64,000 nucleotides of DNA, taken from Candidatus Woesearchaeota archaeon (GTDB lineage Archaea > Nanobdellota > Nanobdellia > Pacearchaeales > GW2011-AR1). How positions within the stretch are numbered: position 1 is the first letter of the stretch; each line of letters begins with the position of its first letter. The stretch covers positions 15,614-79,613 of the forward strand of contig CAZBPV010000002.1 in assembly GCA_964493885.1 (NCBI GenBank). Direction: 5' to 3'. The notes under the pieces were generated by a model. It did not search any database, had not been told where the DNA came from, and was given only the letters and a program-made list of their open reading frames with translations. The position numbers were made by a program, and so were the translations under genes. This document shows, piece after piece, positions 30,201-36,303 of this stretch.

Positions 30201-33123
30201 GCGCTTGGAATGGAATATAAATATCATATCCAGCTCCGGGACTTCTTCCTTGAGGATACATTGTTTGATTTACTGAAAATGCAAGGCTTGTTGGTATGCT
30301 CTGCACTACAAAACTCTGAACATCTGTCTGATTGCTGTTTCCCGCAGTATCATTGCAATATAATGTCCATGTGTTGCTTCCTTCATTTGAAGTTATGTTG
30401 GTAAAGTTTATTCCAGCGACAACAGCAGAACTATTTATAGTTCCATTATTATACCAACAAAATCCTGGATTGTCATCGCTGTAAGTATAATTTAATGCAG
30501 AGACATTTACAGAATAGGTTGTATTTTGAGGATAGGTTATGTTGATTTGTGGGGAAGTTATATCTGCTGTATAATTTATTTTCAAACTCCTGTTTGCATC
30601 TGCCCAGTCAGACTGAGAGGCATTGTCATAAGTAAGACAATTCCAGGTATAATTTCCATTAATTAATGATAAATTCCAGCTTGTTGAGTTGCTTGTTCCA
30701 GAAATTGCTGTTGTCTGATTTAATGCAAAGCTTGAGTTTGTTGAGTCTGTTATATATAAACTCATATTTACTAATTGGTAATCATCTGTTGCATTGCATT
30801 GGAAGGTAACATTGACTGGGGAGGAGGAATCATTGTAATAATTATCTTCTGGCAGACTTAAGGTTACATTTGGAGAGTTATCTACTGCAGCTCCACAGCT
30901 TCCGTCCCATATTGTTCCATTAATGTAATACTGCTTTAATGTTGTTATATTTGAGGAATTTGAATAAGCAACTATAAATGTTCCTGGGCAGATTTGCTGT
31001 CCTGTTACAGATTCTTTGGCTACAACACTCATTAAATGGTAGTTTGCATTTTCTTCTGTGTCAATAGTAAATGTGGCTATGTTTGTTCCATTTCCATAAT
31101 AAGTTGCTCCAACAATATTTCCTGCAGTTGCATTATACCATATTAAAACAAAAGAATCATTTGCATAATTTTCTGATTTTATAGCAGCAACATCCAACCA
31201 TGTTCCTGTAGTTGGGCCTGCATTTGTTTCTATTATTGTATTTTCTATTAGTGAAGTTCCGTTTTTGTAGATTATAGTATATCCAATATCTTGGTCATTT
31301 GATAAGTAAAATGCATAAACAAACTTGTCATTATCTAGTCCAGCAATACTTAACCTTGAGTCTGTTGCTGCTGATGGGTTAACATTTACTCTAGCAACAG
31401 CTTCTCCTCCCGTTTCATTATAAATATTGAATGCCAAATCATTTACTCCCTGGTCAAACCAGCCATAAACAAAACTTGTAGAATTTATCGCAGATACACT
31501 AATAGTGTCTGTGAGAGCATCATTGGCTGCTGTTGTTGGATCTACAAGAATTGAGCCTGTCAGATTGTTTCCTGAATTGTCAAATATCTTTAATTGAGCA
31601 TCATCTGTTGAATCATCTCTCCATCCTATAACAAACCTATCCCCCATTTGAGTAATAGACAAATCAGTGAAATGATTATCTGCTGTTGCTTGCGCAATAT
31701 TGTCATCAACAATAATATCTCCAGTTAGTTTGTCTCCATTAATATCATAAATTGCAAGAGTAATATTTGCAATATTATTTGCGGTGTCATGGTCATTTAT
31801 CCATGCAACAACAAAATGAGTTTGATTTATTGCAGATATAGCAACTCTTGGGTAAAGGGGCTGGTTTGTTGAATCGATAGTGCTGTTTGATAAAATAGTT
31901 CCATTTGTGTTATAAACTCTGAAATAAACACTTTTATCTTCAGAGGCATAAATCATTGCAAAAGTAGTATTATCTAGAGGGGTTGTGTCTATGTCTAAGG
32001 AAGAGTTTTGAGAAACTGATTCCTGAAGCAACTCTCTTATAAGAGTTTCATTTTCTTCTTCAACAGGAGTTTCTGGCTCTTGTTCTGTCGGGATTTCTTC
32101 TGGTTCTTCAGGCGCTTCTTCGGGGTATTTTATGATGCTATACCTTATTTCATCTAGATTTATTGTTGCTGAATCAATTTCTATTCTTAATGTGTATGAA
32201 GATTCATTTAAATTAAGAGATTCAAGATTGCAGGATTCTTCGCAGATATCTGTGAAAGTTCTTGTTCTTATTTCAGTTTCAGGTTCTGAACTTGGTTCTT
32301 GTTCTGAATCAGGAACTTCTGTTTGATTTTCTTCTTCAACAGGAGTTTCATTGATTTCTTCTGCGGGGATTGTTGGAATTTCTGGTTCAAGTTCTTCTAT
32401 AGGTATGTCTCTTGTTCCGTCACTTTCTGTATCTTCTTGGGTTTCTTCAACTTCTCCTGTTACTTCATCATCTTTTACTTTTTCTTCTTTATCTTTTTCC
32501 TCTTTCTCGTCTTTTGTTTTATTTTCAGCTACTAATCCTGTGATTGTTCTTGTGCCTGTTTTTAATGTCGAGGTGTCAAGAATTAAGATATTATTTAAGT
32601 AGATTTTTGCTTCGCCGTCACCTTGTATTGCCCCTGATAATCTTACTGAATTTAATTGTCCTGGGTTTTCCAATTGCAATTCATATTCTGAATTCTCAGA
32701 GAAATTAATATTTAGACCTTGAGTATAAGGGGTTATAATTATTTGAGAAGCATTTTCATCTTGAGTAAAAAAACCAACAAAGTTGGAGTTGTTGAATATC
32801 AAGGAGATTAAGAATAATCCAACAATGCATGCAAGCAAAAATATTAGATGAGTTTTTTTCCCAACATGGCTATGATGTTGCTTTATTCTTTTGTGGCATT
32901 CAAGTGATTCAAAATGATAAAAATGAATCCATTCTTCTATTGTTCTCCCATCTCTTTTATGATGAATTATTTCTAGATATCTTGCATAAGAAATTTGTTT
33001 TTTTCTGTAAGCTTCTTTTAGCTTTTCCAGGTAATTAATTAAGTCTCTTTTTCTGGTTTCAGACTCATGTTTTCTTCCATGCAAATGATGCAATTCAGAC
33101 ATAGATAATTTCTTGCTAATCAT
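24271..33123 (-). CDS. giant bitopic protein (2950 aa): cytoplasmic His/Lys-rich N-terminus, TM1, acidic linker, beta-propeller-like repeats, many Ig-like modules, DNRLRE-like domain, TM2, and a cytoplasmic tandem HTH tail
   Basis: Uninterrupted 8.85-kb ORF. TM1 LIFLLACIVGLFLISLIF (about 32794-32850). Repeats of the FVVAW/FVIGW/FVYGW type. DNRLRE-like stretch GKDTHIVQGTPNANYGADSTLDIRGDDARRILIEFNVSSIP...AILTLY. TM2 WLIKVILSLVMIS (about 24667-24720). Two IP.SIF...EAIV.YLKE...EIA.LL.RD.R.IWT.Y repeats at 24274-24666. Confidence 0.8.
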   Translation of the reverse strand: MISKKLSMSELHHLHGRKHESETRKRDLINYLEKLKEAYRKKQISYARYLEIIHHKRDGRTIEEWIHFYHFESLECHKRIKQHHSHVGKKTHLIFLLACIVGLFLISLIFNNSNFVGFFTQDENASQIIITPYTQGLNINFSENSEYELQLENPGQLNSVRLSGAIQGDGEAKIYLNNILILDTSTLKTGTRTITGLVAENKTKDEKEEKDKEEKVKDDEVTGEVEETQEDTESDGTRDIPIEELEPEIPTIPAEEINETPVEEENQTEVPDSEQEPSSEPETEIRTRTFTDICEESCNLESLNLNESSYTLRIEIDSATINLDEIRYSIIKYPEEAPEEPEEIPTEQEPETPVEEENETLIRELLQESVSQNSSLDIDTTPLDNTTFAMIYASEDKSVYFRVYNTNGTILSNSTIDSTNQPLYPRVAISAINQTHFVVAWINDHDTANNIANITLAIYDINGDKLTGDIIVDDNIAQATADNHFTDLSITQMGDRFVIGWRDDSTDDAQLKIFDNSGNNLTGSILVDPTTAANDALTDTISVSAINSTSFVYGWFDQGVNDLAFNIYNETGGEAVARVNVNPSAATDSRLSIAGLDNDKFVYAFYLSNDQDIGYTIIYKNGTSLIENTIIETNAGPTTGTWLDVAAIKSENYANDSFVLIWYNATAGNIVGATYYGNGTNIATFTIDTEENANYHLMSVVAKESVTGQQICPGTFIVAYSNSSNITTLKQYYINGTIWDGSCGAAVDNSPNVTLSLPEDNYYNDSSSPVNVTFQCNATDDYQLVNMSLYITDSTNSSFALNQTTAISGTSNSTSWNLSLINGNYTWNCLTYDNASQSDWADANRSLKINYTADITSPQINITYPQNTTYSVNVSALNYTYSDDNPGFCWYNNGTINSSAVVAGINFTNITSNEGSNTWTLYCNDTAGNSNQTDVQSFVVQSIPTSLAFSVNQTMYPQGRSPGAGYDIYIPFQARYLDSLGQPISGAICNVTNDETSDITSLTYNESSGNYTGNVSNYLMYDVVNFNVTCSKTNYNSSSNNTSTNVWLFAYLWEWENRSYGSANNYTTTWLRKESTQGNVYNFTEAISASIGENELSKMFYFCGAGTNCSFMKDYNMLGLHTLRLNVSVSNDTCQPYLCMQVYNFNLNPLIEHCDSPVLISANTPTLIEQNMTENYTISQNNYLVMHLHLNCSSAVSEQVTVYYNYTGQPANIEIKHAEPTQMLSSIATWAQIENNYTIGSNQNINVTRKWWITFNNTESSERYTHYFFKPQILADYPNSRINGTNYVWNSTGQLLASDNTSAGAPNNLTTYTNNQISWNTEVIPGNTTINETLQAGIKDAIRNNETIYYNTTSDKRWNITLSSIFISQVMLYNVTTWTNYSAYGVPDDWEFNVTKTTNGNTTDITNDVIINTTEKTITMPLTDLSGTIVYTITAQDITSPEVHLISPANNTLTNQSSQTFSCNISNIEIANLTLKIWNSSNNLIHSNTTNLTGVFNQTNWTYNLPYDNSFKWNCLGSDANGNSNYSNEGNYTITLDATPPYIVFISPLNQNYISNPILINITNNSDAINIWWNNGTANLTYNSSLYYNFSEGSNTIYAYANDTLGNFNSTSVTFNLTTPTPASVVILYPKANTVRQEDSYIAIMANITDSDGISSAMAEITYPNSTAVNISLYQPPQKDNFNFNTMGIVWKVENESIESNQICTANIDTTITDKAYTSISGNGTPNTDTYCSLVMIQQTIGDFDMNVSFNITNESGIDYAMLFKLTEISSSINASKNIFMSIGNWTGYGRNYDVFVNDGNISDYISERETNDTEGKFRIKRVNNTFTFYTWNNSDSSWFEETESEIDVYPGLFITLETESTETGWGNISVEWDDLETGINPLLYVGSFTDTSIQGDYNITIIANDTLGAVNNTEKTNFTIEEINDAPTTPFLLTPTPNEVISGIYNIIWSNVYDVEGDSLQFNITLLNPDLSYNATIISNYGNASSTSYAWNTSQYADENYSLRITVFENNTVELYNVSYTLGGNFTIDNTAPIILFVSPTPDNNSTLNQNGIYINATATDANSIDDYLLQWNGGNESLNVIGSDNNISLYLNKTGLADNSYTYSIYAMDEIENWGRSEIRNITIDAAPDINLTSNEGSELNYSVTIATDYGNGIYDLNITISDEDVENIFISGFNISGCSNITFESNTNETIGNNSYAISAECMIFDNMTLSMNATQGNYLYKCLDWNMTTLLCNDELNWTTAKLLTPGETYNITINSTDPGFIEVLQPNATLGKDTHIVQGTPNANYGADSTLDIRGDDARRILIEFNVSSIPANAIIDSAILTLYATAKGSSDAIVNVYRVNSTWTEGTGTGTITGNGATWNNRSGTASWDISGGDFDSNIWNNTTITAINTFFDWNLTDLVQNMVNGTLVNYGILLRTTTAGSGTTSFASSDNINSTRWPELNISYTILDNSPNVTLSLPLDNYYNDSSSPVNITFQCNATDDYQLVNMSLYITDSTNSSFALNQTTAISGTSNSTSWNLSLINGNYTWNCLAYDNSSQTDWADTNRSLKINYTAPVNIAPNITYISPIANTNPIEASSTPITFYTTMCDENGVADLNDTSVKANFTRAGQATRENNSCILVSDINSTCANYSCTINMWYFDSAGNWNVSVSGKDIYENETINDLTYFTYNLLQAIVISPGNITFNVNASASNQTATNDPVIINNTGNYNMTDKIAINALNLLGETNASEYLAAENFSIGTADDCAGTRLQNATDTNITGVILQAGNLSLGGGIGQEQLYYCINEVGDVSSQTYSTQGYGSWLIKVILSLVMISTAKKKKRKIIVDDLSIPVSIFTDKIGGLEAIVKYLKENLELTYHEIALLLNRDDRTIWTAYNKSKIKMPEKLKISKTLVHIPTSIFKNRELTIFEAIVVYLKEKDMKFSEIADLLSRDQRNIWTIYNRTKK
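25449..25757 (-). repeat. intragenic repeat copy A (Ig-like module NSPNVTLSLP...KINYTA)
   Basis: About 309 bp similar to 30570-30878; 25517-25665 is identical to 30638-30786 (149 bp, compared base by base). Confidence 0.85.
30570..30878 (-). repeat. intragenic repeat copy B
   Basis: See copy A; the offset is 5121 bp (a multiple of 3, so the frame is preserved). Confidence 0.85.
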
Positions 33124-33457
33124 TACTTAATATGTGTGTAAAATTATTTATAAATCTACCTATTATATATGTATAGAGAGAAAAAGGTAAGTTTGATTAC
33201 CTATTATGTATGTAATTATTATTTAAATACTTTTCTATATTAAAAATGTTACCTATTATGTATGTATTAAACTAATAATTCTCTAGAGTTGTTGTATTAT
33301 TTACTTATTAAAAATGTATTAAACTTTTTTATTGTACTTATTATGTATGTTTTTATTAAATGATTATTTTTTATTTGTTATTTAATACTTACTATGTGTG
33401 TACAATAAATGATATCTAATTTTCTCTTCGCTGATTATTTTACTTATTATGTGTGTA
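33124..33457. repeat. array of eight direct copies of the 17-nt motif TACYTAYTATRTRTGTA in a divergent intergenic region
   Basis: Copies start at 33124, 33157, 33198, 33250, 33302 (degenerate), 33335, 33386 and 33441, all in the same orientation. Confidence 0.8.
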
Positions 33458-33507
33458 TTAAATTCTTATTTGCAAAGATTTATAAAATGTAGTGTCTAAA
33501 GGAATAT

Positions 33508-35193
33508 ATGGCTTTTATTGTTAAAAAAAAGGTTTATGGAAATTATTATTATTATCTTCGAGAAAGTAAGAGGCAAGGGAAAAAGGTAATTTCAAAATGT
33601 TTGGCGTATTTGGGAAAAAATAAAGAAGAAGCTGTAAAAAGAGCAAAAGAATTTTTAGAAAACAAAGAGATTAAAAACTCTGCAGAAAATAATATTAAAA
33701 TGGAAAAAGAAATTGTTGAAAATATTCCGGAAAAAAATGAAATTTCTATAGAAGATATAGCTGTTTTTTGCAAGAAAAAGGGATTTGTTTTTCCAAGCTC
33801 TGAAATTTATGGGGGATTTTCTGGATTCTGGGATTTCGGGCCATTAGGAGTTGAACTTTTTAATAATCTAAAATCAAACTGGTGGAAGTATTTTGTTCAG
33901 GATAATGAAAATATGGTTGGAATAGATGCAAGCATTATTTCTAATCCTCGAACCTGGAAAGCTTCAGGACATATAGAGAGTTTTAGTGATATTTCTATAC
34001 AATGCAAGAAGTGCAAAAAAATAAATAAGATTGATAAGGTTGAGATAGGAAAAGTGAAATGCGAATTTTGCGGAGGAGAATTAGATAAGACAACTGCAAA
34101 AGAATTAAAATTATTATTTTCAACAGAAGTCGGGGCTACTGATAACAGAATACTTTCTTATTTACGAGGGGAAACTGCGCAAGGAATGTTTCTTGATTTT
34201 AAATCTGTTTTTGATACATCAAGAGTAAAACTTCCTTTTGGAATTGCCCAAGTTGGAAAGTGTTTTAGAAATGAAATTGCTCCAAGAGATTTTTTATTCA
34301 GAAGCAGAGAGTTTACAATTGGAGAATTTGAATTTTTTATACATCCAGATGAATTTAAATGCAATTTATTGGATAAACAACATCTTGAAGTTGAATTAAG
34401 ATTGCTTGATGCTGAAACTCAGGAAAAAGGAGATTGCTCTTTGAAAAAAACAACTATTAAAAAAATGCTCGAAGAAAAAAGACTTGATGAATGGCATGCT
34501 TACTGGCTTGCTGAACAACTTCTTTGGTTTAAGTCAATTGGATTATTAAATAAAATTAAAGTGAGGGAGCATAAAAAATCTGAATTATCACATTACTCTT
34601 CTGCAACTTTTGACATGGATTATGAATATCCTTTTGGAAGTAAAGAAGTTGCAGGAAATGCAAATCGAGGGCAGTATGATTTAACTCAGCATATTCGAGA
34701 GAGTAAGCAAAAATTAGAGATTTTTGATGAAACAACAAAACAAAAAATAATCCCGAGGGTTATTGAACCAACTTTTGGAATGGAAAGAGTTTTTCTTGCA
34801 GTTTTAGCCAATGCTTATAATTATGATCATAAACGTGGAAATGTTGTTTTAAAGCTCCCAAATAAACTTGCACCAATTAATTTAGGAATTTTTTCATTAG
34901 TAAACAAGCTTAATGAACAAACTAAGGAGCAAATTTATAATTTATTGAGGAGAGAGTTTATCTGTCAGTTTGATTCTTCAGGGAGTGTTGGAAGAAGATA
35001 TGCAAGAGCAGATGAAATTGGAATTCCTTACTGCATTACTTTTGACTTTGAAAGTCTAAAAGACAAATCAGTCACAATAAGAGAAAGAAATACAACAAAA
35101 CAAGTAAGAGTAAAGATTTCAGATTTAAAAAATATCTTGAAAAAGCTTATCGACGGAGAAATTGAGTTCGAAAAATCAGGAAAAATCATCTAA
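33508..35193 (+). CDS. glyS: glycyl-tRNA synthetase (archaeal/eukaryotic alpha2 type) with a ~65-aa N-terminal extension
   Basis: KKKGFVFPSSEIYGGFSGFWDFGPLG, FRNEIAPRDFLFRSREF, and a C-terminal anticodon-binding domain. The canonical core begins near the internal M at 33700. Confidence 0.9.
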   Translation: MAFIVKKKVYGNYYYYLRESKRQGKKVISKCLAYLGKNKEEAVKRAKEFLENKEIKNSAENNIKMEKEIVENIPEKNEISIEDIAVFCKKKGFVFPSSEIYGGFSGFWDFGPLGVELFNNLKSNWWKYFVQDNENMVGIDASIISNPRTWKASGHIESFSDISIQCKKCKKINKIDKVEIGKVKCEFCGGELDKTTAKELKLLFSTEVGATDNRILSYLRGETAQGMFLDFKSVFDTSRVKLPFGIAQVGKCFRNEIAPRDFLFRSREFTIGEFEFFIHPDEFKCNLLDKQHLEVELRLLDAETQEKGDCSLKKTTIKKMLEEKRLDEWHAYWLAEQLLWFKSIGLLNKIKVREHKKSELSHYSSATFDMDYEYPFGSKEVAGNANRGQYDLTQHIRESKQKLEIFDETTKQKIIPRVIEPTFGMERVFLAVLANAYNYDHKRGNVVLKLPNKLAPINLGIFSLVNKLNEQTKEQIYNLLRREFICQFDSSGSVGRRYARADEIGIPYCITFDFESLKDKSVTIRERNTTKQVRVKISDLKNILKKLIDGEIEFEKSGKII

Positions 35194-35262
35194 TTTGTTT
35201 TTTACAAAAAATATTTAAAGAACTTTTTCTTTATTTAGATAATTAAAATGAGGTGTACATCA

Positions 35263-35340
35263 ATGGCTAAGAAAAAAGCTAAGAAAAAAGCTAAGAAGAA
35301 GGCTGGTAAGAAATCAGCTAAGAAGAAAAAGAGAAGATAA
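35263..35340 (+). CDS. possible micro-ORF encoding a 25-aa poly-Lys/Ala peptide (MAKKKAKKKAKKKAGKKSAKKKKRR)
   Basis: ATG is preceded by GAGGTG 8 nt upstream; sits in a 215-bp gap; could equally be a chance ORF in an A-rich tract. Confidence 0.3.
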   Translation: MAKKKAKKKAKKKAGKKSAKKKKRR

Positions 35341-35408
35341 TATCTCTCAATATTTTTTATTTTTATTTTTTTAATTAAATTTTTAAACTAATTCTTATTA
35401 TTCTTTTT

Positions 35409-35756
35409 ATGGATGAGTGTATTTTCTGCAAAATTGCAAAAGGGGGAGTTCCTAGAGAAAAAATTTATGAAAATGATAATTTTTTTTCAGTTCCAGATAT
35501 TAAGCCAATAGTTCCAGGGCATACGTTAGTTATTCCAAAAAAACATTTTGAAACTATTTTAGATTTGCCAAGCAGCTTAGGGCCAGAACTTTTAGATTGC
35601 ATTAAAAAAACATCTTTAAAATTAATTGAGGAATATAAGGCAGAAGGATTTAATTTAATTACTAATAATTTTGAGGCTGCAGGGCAGGTAGTTAAGCATG
35701 TTCACTTTCATATTATTCCTAGAAAAAAGGGTGATGGGTTAAAGGTTTGTACTTGA
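35409..35756 (+). CDS. HIT-family (histidine triad) nucleotide hydrolase
   Basis: CIFCKI...PGHTLVIPKKH...HVHFHIIPR. Confidence 0.85.
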   Translation: MDECIFCKIAKGGVPREKIYENDNFFSVPDIKPIVPGHTLVIPKKHFETILDLPSSLGPELLDCIKKTSLKLIEEYKAEGFNLITNNFEAAGQVVKHVHFHIIPRKKGDGLKVCT

Positions 35757-35808
35757 ATATGTCTCTAGGGATAAGTTTTTTATCTTATCGCAAGACATTA
35801 TAAAATAA

Positions 35809-35903
35809 TGACTCTGGGGGGATTTTAACCCCCGACCTCCGCCTTGCTCAATATTTTTTGATATTCATGAGAGCGGCGCTGCTGAACACTGAGCTACAGA
35901 GTC
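35809..35903 (-). tRNA. tRNA with CAU anticodon (elongator Met, or Ile2) with 21-nt intron (35845-35865)
   Basis: Acceptor GACTCTG/CAGAGTC, anticodon stem CCGCT/GGCGG, loop CTCATG, canonical BHB (CTCA/TGAG plus ATAT/ATAT), T arm GGGGG-TTAAAAT-CCCCC. Confidence 0.8.
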
Positions 35904-36018
35904 AAAACTACTAGAAATGAATGATTTAAAAGACTTTTTATCTCAGAAATCTTTGGATTATTTTTTTAATCTCCAAAGCTACAGAGTCAAAACTACTAGA
36001 AATGAATGATTTAAAAGA
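35892..36018 (-). repeat. 42-bp perfect direct repeat (35892-35933 and 35977-36018) covering the first 12 nt of tRNA(CAU) plus 30 nt of its upstream promoter region
   Basis: agctacagagtcaaaactactagaaatgaatgatttaaaaga occurs twice with a 43-bp spacer. Confidence 0.85.
35925..35930 (-). promoter_or_regulatory. putative TATA box of tRNA(CAU); a duplicate copy lies at 36010-36015
   Basis: TTTAAA is centred about 24 nt upstream of the tRNA 5' end (35903) on the minus strand. Confidence 0.45.
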
Positions 36019-36035
36019 GTTGTTATAATTAGGGT

Positions 36036-36269
36036 TTATTCTTTTTTAGAAATGGCTTTTATTGATTTTTCAGTCTCTTCTTGCTTTTTCTTTTCTCTTT
36101 TCTTTATTCTAGCAATATATCCTGCAATTTGATTTCTTACTTTCTTACCTGGCATTTCTCTTCCAAGTATCTTTTTGTTTCTTTCAAAATGTTCATTAAA
36201 CTCCAAGCCATCAATAGTCATTAGAGTTCCTGATGTTCTCTTAATAAGCCTTGTTTTTATCTTTCCCAT
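36036..36269 (-). CDS. rps17e: 30S ribosomal protein S17e
   Basis: MGKIKTRLIKRTSGTLM...FERNKKIL... is the typical eS17 N-terminus; 77 aa. Confidence 0.85.
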   Translation of the reverse strand: MGKIKTRLIKRTSGTLMTIDGLEFNEHFERNKKILGREMPGKKVRNQIAGYIARIKKREKKKQEETEKSIKAISKKE

Positions 36270-36303
36270 ATTAGAATGTCTTTTCAGAGGTTTTTAAAGA
36301 TTT

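Noticed and set aside
6280-32602. Numerous 60-117-aa ORFs inside or antisense to the giant genes (for example 6280-6498, 8520-8717, 21401-21754, 28018-28275, 32323-32602)
   Set aside because: All are nested within long, uninterrupted, domain-bearing ORFs and have biased low-complexity translations, so they are treated as spurious.
33124-33457. The repeat array looked superficially CRISPR-like (regularly spaced direct repeats)
   Set aside because: The repeats are only 17 nt, degenerate and AT-only, with 16-38 nt spacers of variable length. No cas genes are present. The array sits in a divergent promoter region, so it was treated as a regulatory repeat array instead.
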